Shown: piece by piece, positions 24,402 to 34,913 of the stretch
Layout of the letters: each line of letters opens with the position of its first letter
Numbering within the stretch: the stretch's first letter is position 1
From: an uncultured virus (IMG/VR IMGVR_UViG_3300043772_000843)
Lineage: Duplodnaviria > Heunggongvirae > Uroviricota > Caudoviricetes
IMG/VR virus record: IMGVR_UViG_3300043772_000843
Reading direction: 5' to 3' (one strand)
DNA: 64,000 nt
Position numbers and translations under genes: made by a program
The notes under the pieces: generated by a model
What the model was told of the DNA's origin: nothing
Databases searched by the model: none
Seen by the model: only the letters and a program-made list of their open reading frames with translations

Positions 24402-27400
24402 ATCTCGACGCGTCCATCGTCCGCTGCTCCTCGGTCACCTGACGACGCAGTCGGTACACATCCCGAGCCAGATCGTTCTGTTGAGCGCGTAGGTCGTTGA
24501 TGATCACGCGCCGTTCTTCAGGTGACAGGTCCGTCATCTTGTCGATGGCCCGGGCCTGAGCGTTCAAAGCGCGGATTGCCTCCATCGTGCTACGCACCTC
24601 ACTACGCACCACGTACAAGCCGAAGTTGTCCTTGAGGAACTTCTCTGCGTCGTCAGGGTTGTTCTCCAGCTTGCGCCTGTACGAGTTGTAGACCTGCTCG
24701 ACAGACCTGTCGAGGTTGTAGATCTCGTCGAGGTAGCGCATGCCGACCGGGTCCTTCATCACAGCCGAGGCACCTGTGAGCTGAGCCGCAATCGTCTGGT
24801 GCAGGGGGCGGTCAGTCCGCGTGGGGTTCACCATGACATCAGCAACGCTCAAGGCGATACCTGCGGACATACCGAACATGCCGCGCACCAAGTTCTCCAG
24901 CATGATCGGAGAGACCTTCAGAGCCTCAACCCCTGTCGACGTGGCGATGTCAGTCAAGGTTCTGGACGCAGCCTTCATGGCTTCTGAAGTGCCGGTACCG
25001 TAGCGCTCGGACGGGTCGAGGGCCAACTGCGCCTGAGACTCCAGTGGGCGTCCAAGGAAGAACGAGTAGTTGGCGAGGTTCTCAAGGATAGGCTTCAGGA
25101 CCTGCGGGGTGATGTTCGGTGCCGAGAAGATGTCGACACCGTTGAGCATCAGTTCCTTCAGCACCCGCATCGCGTCGCGCTCCTCGGGAGTACCTTGGAG
25201 CTTGAAGTACTGCACCACCCGTTCAGGGATAGCCTTGAAGAAGAACGACAGTTCCGCAGGCAGCGGGACAGCGGGCACGAAGCCAAGCTCCTTGCCACCC
25301 GGGATGACCCAGTTCCGGTCGCGGACGTAGTCGGGTAGGTTCTGGTACTCCTCGTCGTCCGACATCATCAGCGCGTAGCCGAAGCCCATCGCCGTGAGCA
25401 CCCCCATCCGCTTGTAGAACAGGTTGCGTGCGTAGCCCGTCGTCGCGCCGATGCTGCGCTGGGCGCTCGGGTTGCCTGCCGCTGCGAGTAGGAGCTTGTC
25501 CATCGAGCGGGCGTAGGCGTTGAAGAACGGGATGGTGCGGATGAGGTAGTCAGCGGTCTTCGACACACCTCTGCGGCTGAAGTTGATGATCTCCCGGGCG
25601 CGTAGTTCAGCCAGTGCCCGGTCACCGGTCTCCTTCAGCGTCTGGTTGTAGATCGCCTCACGCACGGCGACGTCCGAGGCCTTGGCACCGGCCTCCATGA
25701 TGCGCAGGATGGCCTTGCCGACGGAGCGCGGCGCGAGCCCCGTCTCCTCCAAGATGTTCTTCACATTGCCACCGATGATGGTGTCATAGGCAGGCACCAC
25801 ACCTGACTTGGCGAGTTCCCTGACACCGGCGGACTGTGTCCCCTTGATCTCGTTCCACCAATTTCGAGGGAAGTTCAGCAAGATGCGGGGGAGCATCGCA
25901 GTGGGGTTCTTGACTCCCGAGTGCACATACGCCCGGGTGATGTCATCAAAGACCTGTTTTACAGCGAAGGGCGGTGTAGCGGTCACGCCGATACGCAAGA
26001 ACTGCGAGAACTTCTGTGCCCCTCGGATAAACGCGGGTACATCTGTTGTCGGTGCACCAATGAACGCTGCGAGATTGGCAGGGTCCGGGACGTAGAAGAC
26101 TTTCTTCTGTCCGTTGACGTAGGTGTCAACGAGCGCACCCTGCTTATTGTTGTCGATAGCGTCACGGTTAGGGACAAACTGCGCGTAGCCAAGCAGCTCC
26201 ATCTCAGGCAGCGCACGACCAACTGCATCTGCCTTCATCGACTCATTGACCATCCAGTCCATGAGCTTCGAGAAGTTCTCAACAGGGTTTTGTGTCTGAC
26301 GGTCTTGAGAGCCTTTGTACTTCGCAATCTCCTTGAACGCAGCCAGCTTCGCGTTGGAGCCTCCACCCTGCGGAAGTGCCAGATTGTCGAAGTCATCAAT
26401 CCGGGAGAACGGGACGTAACCTATCGCATCCTTCCACACTTGGGCTTTGGCTGGCGTGATGCGGCCAGCCTCAACCATTGCGTCGATCATAGCGAAGCGG
26501 ATCTGGTCCAGCTTCTCACTCACTCCCTTGATGAACGCGTCAGACTGGAAAGTTTGCTCTGCTGTTGCAGCCTCTTGGGGAGTCAAGAAGAAGTCGAGCC
26601 CAGCGGCCTGCGGAGAGTTCATCAACTCGTATTCGCGATGCGAAGCCAGTGATTCCCCAACTTGATTCTTGAACGTTTCAGGTGCGATACCCCGTGTCTT
26701 AGCCTCAGCAGCGATGTCTTTGAGCACCTGCTTATAGCTGATGTCCTCACCCTTATAGTTCAGCGTCTCGACACTGAGCAGTCCGGTGGGGTCACGGCGC
26801 ATAGTGCCGTACTCTTTCACCTCGCTGGCAAAACGCGGCGCATCCAGTGCCCGAGACATGAGGAACACCGGGTTGTAGTCCCCTCGGTTGTCACGGATGC
26901 GGTTGCCGTAGGCCTTGGTGAAGATGTAGTCGACGCCCGCCAGCAGGTCCATCGCCTGTGCACGGAAGCCGATGGCTTTGTTGCCACCGAACTTGGCGTC
27001 GAGTTTGTTCTTCAGCGTGCGCTCTTCCTTCTCTCCGACGAGATCTGGTGTAGTCTCAGGAGAGAGATCGAAGTACTCCGTTTCAGGTGCAGTAGGTGTA
27101 GTACTTGCAGGGGCGGGGGACTTACTTGCCGCGTCAGCGGCGTCCTTCAACTTCTTGAGTTCTTCTGCTGTGAAAAGATTGCCAGTATAACCGCGAATGT
27201 CTAAGCCGGTATATCTTGAGTCTTTCACACCGAGATAGATAGGGTTACCCTTTGAGTTGCGGCCTTCAATCAAGCCTATATTGCTTGATGGTCCGTCAAT
27301 CCAAACCGGTTTCATCCCAAAACGAAGTATCCATGACGGGAAACCAGTCGTGTTCGCCTGCCTACCAAACGACTGGTACTTCTTGTTCGCCTCTTCAATG

Positions 27401-30400
27401 TGGCCTACGAGGGACTCATCAAGTACGTTTTCGGAGATGGTCATCAACTCGGCAAGTGCCGAAGTTTCTTTCCCTTTCAGCTTGAGTACTTCAGATATAA
27501 GTTTGAAGAACCTGCCAAGGAAAGTGCCACCAGTTGGGCTGGGTGTAGATGCAAGCCAATTCTGGAAATCAGCGTTGACCAATCCGTAGGTTATCAACTC
27601 TTTTGAGTTTTCTAGCGCGGCGGCGAACAGACGTTTTTGCCCCAACTCGAAGAGACCGTTTTTGTCCTGTTCTTTGAACTTAGAGACAAGTTCTTTATGG
27701 AGCGCGTTCAGTTTTATTGCCGCAGAACTTTGCGGCGCGTAGTTGATCTGTGCAACAGTAACCGCGTGAATCAGCTCATGTACAAGCGTTTCTTGTCTAA
27801 GAGTGTTCTCCGCAAAAGAGGTGTACCCGTTAATGGTGACTTCTACTTTTGTAGATTCTCCAAGACCACCAACACGCGTAGTCGCTACACCACGTGCACC
27901 CTTGAGCACCGCCCCGGGGTCAGTCAAGCGGAACGAGAACTCGACGCCCATGTTCGTCAGTTCTTCAACACGGCGCTTTACCTTGACCATGACTGCACGG
28001 TCAAGAACATCACGTGCGTTCAGAATGGCGTAGTCGACAACTTCATCAAACGTTGCGCCACGTAGAGCGGCATCCATCTCCTTCGAGTTACGCAGGTCTG
28101 CCTGTTCAAATCGTGTTTGCGTGTACTGGGGCCTTGGCAGTGTTCTGGACGCGGGAGCCGGAGCAGGCGCAGGTGGCTTAGGAGCCGGAGCAGGCGCAGG
28201 TGGCTTAGGAGCCGGAGCAGGCGCAGGTGGCTTAGGAGCCGGAGCAGGCGCAGGTGGCTTAGGAGCCGGAGCAACACGAGTCATCTCCGCCCATTGCGCT
28301 TTTTTAGCTTCGATTTGTCGCCCTAGCTCATCCCACTTTTTGCGTGCAGGTGACTTAGCCGCAGGTGCACGTCCAGCCTTAGTCAGCAGTGCCTGCTGTT
28401 GTCTCTTTAACTCTCGAATCTCATCCATCAAAGCGTCAGATTCAGGGGTATTCCTCCCACTGACAGACGGTGTAGGAGCCGCAGGGGGCGGAGCAGGTGT
28501 AGGAGCCGCAGGAGGCGGAGCAGGTGTAGGAGCCGCAGGGGCTGGCGTCTCTACCTTAGCGTACTTGGCAAGCAGATCAAGTGCAGCTTGAATGCTCTTG
28601 GTTGCGCTCTTGACCCGGTTCCCATCTGGTTCGGTATGTTGCGCGTAGAACGCGTCGTACTCGTCCTGGGGGATGCTCCCAGACACTTGCTCAATCTGCT
28701 CGATCAGATCTGCACGTTCAGCCGGAGTGCGCTTGGCAGGTTTGGGCGTCGGTGCTACTGCAACGGGCTCGCCTGTTTCTCCGCCAGCAGGCTGTCCAGC
28801 ATCCTCGACAGGAGGAACCAATCCGCTTGGCTCAGGGGCTCCAGCCCCTTCGGTGGGGGTGACGGCAGCGGGTCCGCCAGCCACTGGAGCGCCTGCTCCA
28901 CTTGGTTGTTCGACAGGTTCGACAGCACTTGGAGTCTCCGGTTCGGGCACCGCAGGTGCCGGGGTGGGCACCGCAGGTGCCGGGGTAGGTTCAGCCGCCA
29001 CGGGCGGCGCGGCGGGTTCGACGGCGGGTGCCGTAGGTACCGCAGGCTCAGGCAACCGCGCCAAGAAGGCGTCGATCTTGGCTTCAGTCTTCGGGTTCAG
29101 CGTCCCCTCTTGTCGCTTGGCGTCGAGGTACGTCTGCAAGACGTCACGGACTTCGGGGTCAGCCGGTGCCTTACCGACCAGCATGTTGTGGATCGAACCG
29201 CGAGTGAACCCGATCTTGGCAACCGTCGCGCTGTCAAGCACGTCAGGCAGGGGCGCAGGGGCACCCACCTTGCGGACTTTGGGCTCTTCGACAGGCGGGG
29301 CTTCCGTTGTGGGTGCCGTAGGCGGCGTCCACCGACCTCCACCGACCTCGACCAGACGGGCATCAAGCTCATCGAACTTCCGACGCGCAGGGCTCTTCGG
29401 TGCCGGGGGCTTGCCATTGACCAGCATGTCCTCACGCTGCTGACGCAGGCGAGCAATCTCTTCGCGACGTGCTTGGGTAGGATCGAACTCCTCGCGGGGC
29501 GTCACAGCCGCTACGGCTGCTTCATCAGCAGGAAGGAACCTGTCCGCACCCCGCTTGTTGGCTACACGTTGCTCGACATCTTCGCGCTGCCTGCGTGCAC
29601 GCTCGGCTTCCAAAGCCTTGAGCGCCTCGTTGCGCTGGTTGGTAGGGCGCTCCTGTTTCAGCGTCTCAATCGCCTGCGTCAGCTTTGGGTAAGCCTCGTT
29701 GATGGGCAACCCCAGCGTCTCGTCAATCGTGGATTGGGCAGTGTTGGCCGGTGCCGCTTTCGCCGCCTCCGCCGCCTGACGCTCGGCCTCTCGCTTGGCC
29801 TTGACCACGTCGATCTCGGTCTGGCCTTCGGGCGGCACCGGTTCACCAGTACCCGCACCCCGGGCTCGACGACCCAAAGCGAGGTCAAAGAGACCCTGTG
29901 CCAGACCACCCACGGCACCGCCGTAAGCCGCCTGCTCACCAAGGCCCTCGATGAGTTCCTGCTCGGGCTTGTAGACGCCCCGGGCAATCATGTTCTGGGC
30001 AAGGCCTGACGCGGCCTCCTGAGCGGCTTCCTCGCCGCTTGCGATGGCGATCCGCTTGATGCGGTCGACCGCCGTCAGAACCTCACCTTCCGGCACGCGC
30101 TTGAGAATGCGGAACGGCGCGAAGACCTCCAAGGCCCCCGGCAAGGTGCCCAGCGCGGTCGCTGTGGAACGCTGCTCTTCAGTGGCACCCTCGGTCTCGG
30201 CTCGCGTCCGCGCCTCGCCTGCACCGGCTCCAACGCCAAGACCTACGGCAGCGGTCCTACCCGCAAGGCCCAAGGGGCCAAGGCCCAAGAACGGTACCGT
30301 TGAGCCAACCGCTTCACCGAACTTGCGCCCAACCGTGCCCTCATACCCCGGAGCCGGGGCGAAGGGTGCCTTGGCAGCGCCAGCCACCTGGGCGATAGTC

Positions 30401-30657
30401 TCTCGGGCAGCGCGTTCTTGCTCCTCCGGCAGGAGGGCTGAGGCACCGATGGCAGCTTGCTCTACGAGCCCAACCGCACCGGGAATGACACCCTTGAAGG
30501 CTTCGCCTACTTGGCCTAAAAAACTCGTCTCAGGGGCCTGCCCTGCTTCAGGCGATTGCGCCAGCACCGCCTGAATGACTTGTTCCTGTGTCGCACCCGG
30601 TGGCCCCTCGATCTCATAAGTCTTACCGTTGGGGGCCGAGATGCGATAGGTCGTCAT
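24400..30657 (-). CDS. Large internal virion/ejection polyvalent protein (HExxH peptidase module, LPD38-like C-terminus)
   Basis: ~2085 aa; Pro-rich linkers; HELIH; INFSRRG...IPFFNA...DDEEYQNLPDYVRDRNW; last gene of the virion arm. Confidence 0.75.
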   Translation of the reverse strand: MTTYRISAPNGKTYEIEGPPGATQEQVIQAVLAQSPEAGQAPETSFLGQVGEAFKGVIPGAVGLVEQAAIGASALLPEEQERAARETIAQVAGAAKAPFAPAPGYEGTVGRKFGEAVGSTVPFLGLGPLGLAGRTAAVGLGVGAGAGEARTRAETEGATEEQRSTATALGTLPGALEVFAPFRILKRVPEGEVLTAVDRIKRIAIASGEEAAQEAASGLAQNMIARGVYKPEQELIEGLGEQAAYGGAVGGLAQGLFDLALGRRARGAGTGEPVPPEGQTEIDVVKAKREAERQAAEAAKAAPANTAQSTIDETLGLPINEAYPKLTQAIETLKQERPTNQRNEALKALEAERARRQREDVEQRVANKRGADRFLPADEAAVAAVTPREEFDPTQARREEIARLRQQREDMLVNGKPPAPKSPARRKFDELDARLVEVGGGRWTPPTAPTTEAPPVEEPKVRKVGAPAPLPDVLDSATVAKIGFTRGSIHNMLVGKAPADPEVRDVLQTYLDAKRQEGTLNPKTEAKIDAFLARLPEPAVPTAPAVEPAAPPVAAEPTPAPAVPTPAPAVPEPETPSAVEPVEQPSGAGAPVAGGPAAVTPTEGAGAPEPSGLVPPVEDAGQPAGGETGEPVAVAPTPKPAKRTPAERADLIEQIEQVSGSIPQDEYDAFYAQHTEPDGNRVKSATKSIQAALDLLAKYAKVETPAPAAPTPAPPPAAPTPAPPPAAPTPSVSGRNTPESDALMDEIRELKRQQQALLTKAGRAPAAKSPARKKWDELGRQIEAKKAQWAEMTRVAPAPKPPAPAPAPKPPAPAPAPKPPAPAPAPKPPAPAPAPASRTLPRPQYTQTRFEQADLRNSKEMDAALRGATFDEVVDYAILNARDVLDRAVMVKVKRRVEELTNMGVEFSFRLTDPGAVLKGARGVATTRVGGLGESTKVEVTINGYTSFAENTLRQETLVHELIHAVTVAQINYAPQSSAAIKLNALHKELVSKFKEQDKNGLFELGQKRLFAAALENSKELITYGLVNADFQNWLASTPSPTGGTFLGRFFKLISEVLKLKGKETSALAELMTISENVLDESLVGHIEEANKKYQSFGRQANTTGFPSWILRFGMKPVWIDGPSSNIGLIEGRNSKGNPIYLGVKDSRYTGLDIRGYTGNLFTAEELKKLKDAADAASKSPAPASTTPTAPETEYFDLSPETTPDLVGEKEERTLKNKLDAKFGGNKAIGFRAQAMDLLAGVDYIFTKAYGNRIRDNRGDYNPVFLMSRALDAPRFASEVKEYGTMRRDPTGLLSVETLNYKGEDISYKQVLKDIAAEAKTRGIAPETFKNQVGESLASHREYELMNSPQAAGLDFFLTPQEAATAEQTFQSDAFIKGVSEKLDQIRFAMIDAMVEAGRITPAKAQVWKDAIGYVPFSRIDDFDNLALPQGGGSNAKLAAFKEIAKYKGSQDRQTQNPVENFSKLMDWMVNESMKADAVGRALPEMELLGYAQFVPNRDAIDNNKQGALVDTYVNGQKKVFYVPDPANLAAFIGAPTTDVPAFIRGAQKFSQFLRIGVTATPPFAVKQVFDDITRAYVHSGVKNPTAMLPRILLNFPRNWWNEIKGTQSAGVRELAKSGVVPAYDTIIGGNVKNILEETGLAPRSVGKAILRIMEAGAKASDVAVREAIYNQTLKETGDRALAELRAREIINFSRRGVSKTADYLIRTIPFFNAYARSMDKLLLAAAGNPSAQRSIGATTGYARNLFYKRMGVLTAMGFGYALMMSDDEEYQNLPDYVRDRNWVIPGGKELGFVPAVPLPAELSFFFKAIPERVVQYFKLQGTPEERDAMRVLKELMLNGVDIFSAPNITPQVLKPILENLANYSFFLGRPLESQAQLALDPSERYGTGTSEAMKAASRTLTDIATSTGVEALKVSPIMLENLVRGMFGMSAGIALSVADVMVNPTRTDRPLHQTIAAQLTGASAVMKDPVGMRYLDEIYNLDRSVEQVYNSYRRKLENNPDDAEKFLKDNFGLYVVRSEVRSTMEAIRALNAQARAIDKMTDLSPEERRVIINDLRAQQNDLARDVYRLRRQVTEEQRTMDASR
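28154..28273. repeat. 27-bp perfect tandem repeat, about 4.4 copies, encoding PKPPAPAPA
   Basis: GGAGCCGGAGCAGGCGCAGGTGGCTTA units start at 28154, 28181, 28208, 28235. Confidence 0.95.
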
Positions 30658-32072
30658 GGGTTCACTACTGTTGCTTGACCCCACCCTGCGGTGGTAGCGC
30701 CCGGGGCCGCACTGGCTTGACCGGAGGTTGAGAAGTATCCTACCACCTGTTCTCGCGTAACGCCAAGAGGGGCGACTTGCGTAGCGACTGCGTCGATCTG
30801 CTGATCAATCAAACGCTGCCTTGCAGAGCCCTTAAGACTCGAAGGTATAGGATTCTTACTCTGTACATCCGCGATAGCTCTGCGAACTAAGCTATCTTTT
30901 TGGAAGTCTGATCTCCCAGCGGTAGCTTCACCCCTGTTAGCCGCAGCAGTAGCTGCCGCGTTGGCGGTGGTTTGTTTGATCTCCAACTCAGTATACTTCT
31001 CGTTCATAGCAGCGCGAATTTCCGCCGCCTTGAGCTTCGCCCGTTGTTCACCCTCGGTGTCCTTCTCCGCACGTGCCAGACGTGCTTCAGCTTCTGCTCT
31101 GGCGAGTTCCTGACGGAGTTTGACGAGGTTGGCTTGCGCTTCCCTACGCCCCTTCTGCTGACCTGCACGGGCTTTGACCAAACCAGTGGCAGCGCCCATC
31201 AGCGTGTCACCAAGTCGATCTGTACCTCTCATGCCCTCAAGGATTGCAGCCATGAGTTCGGGGTTCTCAAAAGCGTTCTGCTCTTGTTGCGCTTCAAGTT
31301 CCCGCATCTGCTGTTCCGCAGGGTCCATCGACGCTTTCAGCATCGCGTCATAGGCTTGGCGTGCTTCAAGGACTCGGGGGTCTACCGCTGCGGTACCCTC
31401 AACGCCCTTTGCCAACTGCTCGGACATCCGAAGGTATTCCGCCAGACCACCCCTCTGCGGTGCGGCAGCATCACCAGCACCACCAACACCGGCACCGGTA
31501 CCAGCAGTGCGGGCGGCAGGAGGACGAGCAGGGGGGCGAGCCACAGGAGCCGCAGCGGCAGCGGCGGCAGCGGCAAGGCCAGCGGGAGCCGCGAAAGTAG
31601 GCGGACGGTTAGAGTCTCGATAGGCCCGCTCCAATGCCGCTGCTTCCCTTGAAGCTGCACGTTCTTGCGCTCCGGGACGTTCACGAGATTGCGGGACGTT
31701 ACCTCCGAAAAACTCTACGATGTAGTCAGCAAGGGGCCTGTCAAACAGCCCTTCCGCCACGAGGTCTTCATCAAGACCTTCAAGGTCAGCTTCCGCCAGA
31801 CCACCCTTATCGAACGCCACCATCCCACCACTGGCCATCCCTGGCACCGGCTGTTGTGCCTGTGCCTGCTGAAGTGCCATCTTCAACTGGTCATAGATGG
31901 TAGGCGACATCTGCTGCGCCTGCGACATCGCCTGCTGACCCTGAGCAGCGCGTTCGAGGTTCGCTGTCTTGACAGCCTCATTCAGCGCAAGCAGTTGTTG
32001 GAACGGCTGCGGTTGAGACGCCATCGGATTGGGGTTACGGGGGGCGATAGCCCCAAGTCCAGCGTTCATCAT
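30654..32072 (-). CDS. Putative internal virion/ejection protein
   Basis: Ala/Gln-rich helical ORF; MASGGMVAFDKGG; position. Confidence 0.6.
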   Translation of the reverse strand: MMNAGLGAIAPRNPNPMASQPQPFQQLLALNEAVKTANLERAAQGQQAMSQAQQMSPTIYDQLKMALQQAQAQQPVPGMASGGMVAFDKGGLAEADLEGLDEDLVAEGLFDRPLADYIVEFFGGNVPQSRERPGAQERAASREAAALERAYRDSNRPPTFAAPAGLAAAAAAAAAPVARPPARPPAARTAGTGAGVGGAGDAAAPQRGGLAEYLRMSEQLAKGVEGTAAVDPRVLEARQAYDAMLKASMDPAEQQMRELEAQQEQNAFENPELMAAILEGMRGTDRLGDTLMGAATGLVKARAGQQKGRREAQANLVKLRQELARAEAEARLARAEKDTEGEQRAKLKAAEIRAAMNEKYTELEIKQTTANAAATAAANRGEATAGRSDFQKDSLVRRAIADVQSKNPIPSSLKGSARQRLIDQQIDAVATQVAPLGVTREQVVGYFSTSGQASAAPGATTAGWGQATVVNP

Positions 32073-32074
32073 GG

Positions 32075-32953
32075 TCACTTCCCAGCCCTAGAGAAATAGT
32101 CCATCAGGTTGTACGCACCGAGCCCGCCTTGGAGCCCTGCGGAAATCGCTGACTGTCCTTGCGTACCGGGCTCGTACATGTTGGCCCGCACGGGGAGCCC
32201 TTGCAACAGTGACGACATAAACGTCGCCGCCCCCCGAGGCGCGGCCACCGACTCCTCGAACTGCTTGAAGCCGAAGTCCAACGGCTCCTGTGCGATCCGG
32301 CGCTGCTCCTTGCCTGCGGCCAATTGATCGGCGAGGGACTTGAGTCCGTACTCGGCACCGAACTGCTGCGACTCTTCCCCGTACTTCTGCGCTTTGAGCC
32401 CCATTTCGGATTCTGCGAGCCGCTGCTCCATCGCCCGGTCGTAGGCAGACTGCAAGCCCTTGGAGCGAATGTCCCCGATCTGCGTGCCGAGATTCCTCTG
32501 GCGCTCGGCCTCCATGATGGCTTGCCTGCTGCCGCCGTAAGCCCCGGCACGGGCGAGCCGCCCCTGCTCCGCTTGGCGTGCAATGTCCGCTTCGCGTCGA
32601 GCTTCCCGAGCCTCGATGTCAGTCACCGCCGACATGTACGGCGACATGTAGTCCTGCACGGAGCCAACCTGCCCCAGGCCAGTGTTGAACTGCGTCGGAC
32701 TGTACGGGTTGATCGCACCGAGACCCGCGAAGGCTTGAGACTCCAGAGGCGAGTACCCTGCACCGTACTGACCCGTGGTGGGGTCCATCTGCCCAAACGC
32801 AAAGCGCTGACCGGTGAACGGGGTGAACGGCATGTTCGCCGCTTCGAACCCCTTGCCCAACATGCCGTAGACGAACGGCGCGAAGTTGGGACTCAGTGTC
32901 GACTGGGACGGGTCGATAGCGGGCGGTGGGGTGGTAGTGGTGACGTCAGCCAT
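32075..32953 (-). CDS. Putative DNA transfer (pilot) protein
   Basis: YMSPY...AGAYGGSRQAIMEAE motif; Gly-rich C-terminus. Confidence 0.7.
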   Translation of the reverse strand: MADVTTTTPPPAIDPSQSTLSPNFAPFVYGMLGKGFEAANMPFTPFTGQRFAFGQMDPTTGQYGAGYSPLESQAFAGLGAINPYSPTQFNTGLGQVGSVQDYMSPYMSAVTDIEAREARREADIARQAEQGRLARAGAYGGSRQAIMEAERQRNLGTQIGDIRSKGLQSAYDRAMEQRLAESEMGLKAQKYGEESQQFGAEYGLKSLADQLAAGKEQRRIAQEPLDFGFKQFEESVAAPRGAATFMSSLLQGLPVRANMYEPGTQGQSAISAGLQGGLGAYNLMDYFSRAGK

Positions 32954-33606
32954 CACGCTCTCCTCTCAAGGGCACTCATCAGCCCGTACATGCGTTTGGG
33001 ACCACCAGCCTCCTGCACTGCACGTCGGGGGACGTAGGCTTCGCCGTTTGACACCCGTGCCGGAGTCTGTCCTTTGGACCCAGTGATTGTCGCTGGGATG
33101 CTGTCGCTTGTGCCAGTCCCCGGACCGCGAATCATGCGTGCCTGAGGCAGCGCCGCCGCCAAACCACGCGGCCCGCCAGCTCCCTTGACGGCTCGTTCGG
33201 TCAGAACGAAGCCACCGTCTTCCATGTTGACGTGCCCTCCTTGGGCGTAAGCGTGCATCAGGCCACCGTCGGCTGCATAGCGCACGAGGTCACTGTACTT
33301 GCCGGGGTTCTTCACCTCAACAAGTTGACGTGGTGCCGTCATGCCGTAGGAGACACCGCCCCCGGTGGGTTTGGTTCCGCGCCGACGGTCTTTCGCACTG
33401 GCGAGTGCTGCCAAGATGCTGAGCAGTCCCTTGGGGGTCGACGCAAAGCCCATTGCACCGCGCAGTAGCCTGCTGAGGTCGAAACCGGAGCCGCCATAGT
33501 CACGATCTTCGTTGAAACCAAACATCTCGGGTTCAACTCCCCCCACACCGGAGTCATCCATGTAGGGCTCGGTGTAACTGTCACCGTAAAGCAAGTATGG
33601 GTCCAT
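32953..33606 (-). CDS. Virion protein with GPGTGTSDSIPA motif
   Basis: GPGTGTSDSIPA...ARVSNGEAYVP. Confidence 0.7.
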   Translation of the reverse strand: MDPYLLYGDSYTEPYMDDSGVGGVEPEMFGFNEDRDYGGSGFDLSRLLRGAMGFASTPKGLLSILAALASAKDRRRGTKPTGGGVSYGMTAPRQLVEVKNPGKYSDLVRYAADGGLMHAYAQGGHVNMEDGGFVLTERAVKGAGGPRGLAAALPQARMIRGPGTGTSDSIPATITGSKGQTPARVSNGEAYVPRRAVQEAGGPKRMYGLMSALERRA

Positions 33607-34904
33607 CACGCTTCTCCAAAATCATAGGCCAGCAACGGCCCGTAGGGTCCTTGGGCTGTACCGTACAACAAGCGTCGTGTGGTGGCTTCAGGTGTTGTGG
33701 CAGCGGGGGTTGTTGGGGCGGTTGCCGCAGCGGGGGGTTCGTTCCCGCCAGATTCGTACGGGTTGAAATCAGGCGTAGTGTAGGCACGCGTCGGAGTGGT
33801 CACTCCCGACGTTGCAGGAATGGGCGCTGAAGGAGTCCCGCCGAACAGCCCCATGATGCCTTGTGCACCCCGGTTGATCGCATCAGTGATGGAGCTGACG
33901 AACCTAGTACCCTGTTTAGGCTGCGGTTGAACCGCGTCAGAGACACTCTTTTGGATGGCAGGACCAAGGTTAGTCTCTTTCGCGACGATAGGTGCGAGCG
34001 CACCAAGCCCTGCACGGCCAAGAGCACCGGTTGCCAGCCCAGAGGCTGCACGCCCTGCGGCGGACCCAACACGCCCTTCGAGGAAATCACCGAGCGCCGG
34101 GCCACCACCCGGGATACCGAGCTTGCTCGCCAAAGCATCCAGCCCAACACCCATCAAAGCCTGACCCGGCGTTGTCCGCCCAGAGAGCACATTTGCACCC
34201 GAGCGGATCGCGTTGAACGCCAGTCCCATACCCGGAGGGAGCCCTGCTGTGAACAACGAAGGTCCGTATTCGGTGAGGAAATCGTTGGCACGAAACGAGT
34301 TCAGCAGTTGCTGCGCAGTCTGGTCAGGGTTGTTGGGATTGAGTCCTTCTAAACCGCCATATCCCATACCGACAAGCGCACGTACTGCTTCGCGCTCGTT
34401 CATCCCACTTCGGCCATAGACTGGTGCATCCAGCCTAGGCCCTGTTGGTTGGGTGGCAGTTGGTTGGGTGGCGGGAGCAGCATACGACGGTCGAGCCCCA
34501 CCAAGGAGGCCCGCTTCTTCAAGCATTCCGAATGATGGAGTCTGGCCTGTCGGAAAGTCTTCCATTCCATAGGCATAACTTTCCCTACCTCCAACACGAT
34601 TAGCAGAGATACGGTCACTCAGCTCTTTGTAGTATTGTTCGTTTATTATTTCTTGGATAGCCGGGAGAGTTGTGCTCTCCCGTATAAGCATTCCGGGGCT
34701 TGTAGAGAAATCAGTACCGTAGTCACGATCCGCCCCACCCCTACCCGGAGCGGCCCCCGAAAAGTAAGACTCTGTAACTGGGTCAAAATACGAGAACGGA
34801 TCGTTTACCGTTGTCGGGTCAGACCCAGTACTCGCGTTGCTCGCAGAAGCCGCGTCTATCCCACTGAACTGCGTACCCGGATCATCTCTATCGGCACCTA
34901 TCAT
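33606..34904 (-). CDS. Hypothetical virion protein
   Basis: 432-aa Gly/Ala/Thr-rich ORF; GAGG RBS. Confidence 0.65.
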   Translation of the reverse strand: MIGADRDDPGTQFSGIDAASASNASTGSDPTTVNDPFSYFDPVTESYFSGAAPGRGGADRDYGTDFSTSPGMLIRESTTLPAIQEIINEQYYKELSDRISANRVGGRESYAYGMEDFPTGQTPSFGMLEEAGLLGGARPSYAAPATQPTATQPTGPRLDAPVYGRSGMNEREAVRALVGMGYGGLEGLNPNNPDQTAQQLLNSFRANDFLTEYGPSLFTAGLPPGMGLAFNAIRSGANVLSGRTTPGQALMGVGLDALASKLGIPGGGPALGDFLEGRVGSAAGRAASGLATGALGRAGLGALAPIVAKETNLGPAIQKSVSDAVQPQPKQGTRFVSSITDAINRGAQGIMGLFGGTPSAPIPATSGVTTPTRAYTTPDFNPYESGGNEPPAAATAPTTPAATTPEATTRRLLYGTAQGPYGPLLAYDFGEA

Positions 34905-34913
34905 GGTGTTACC

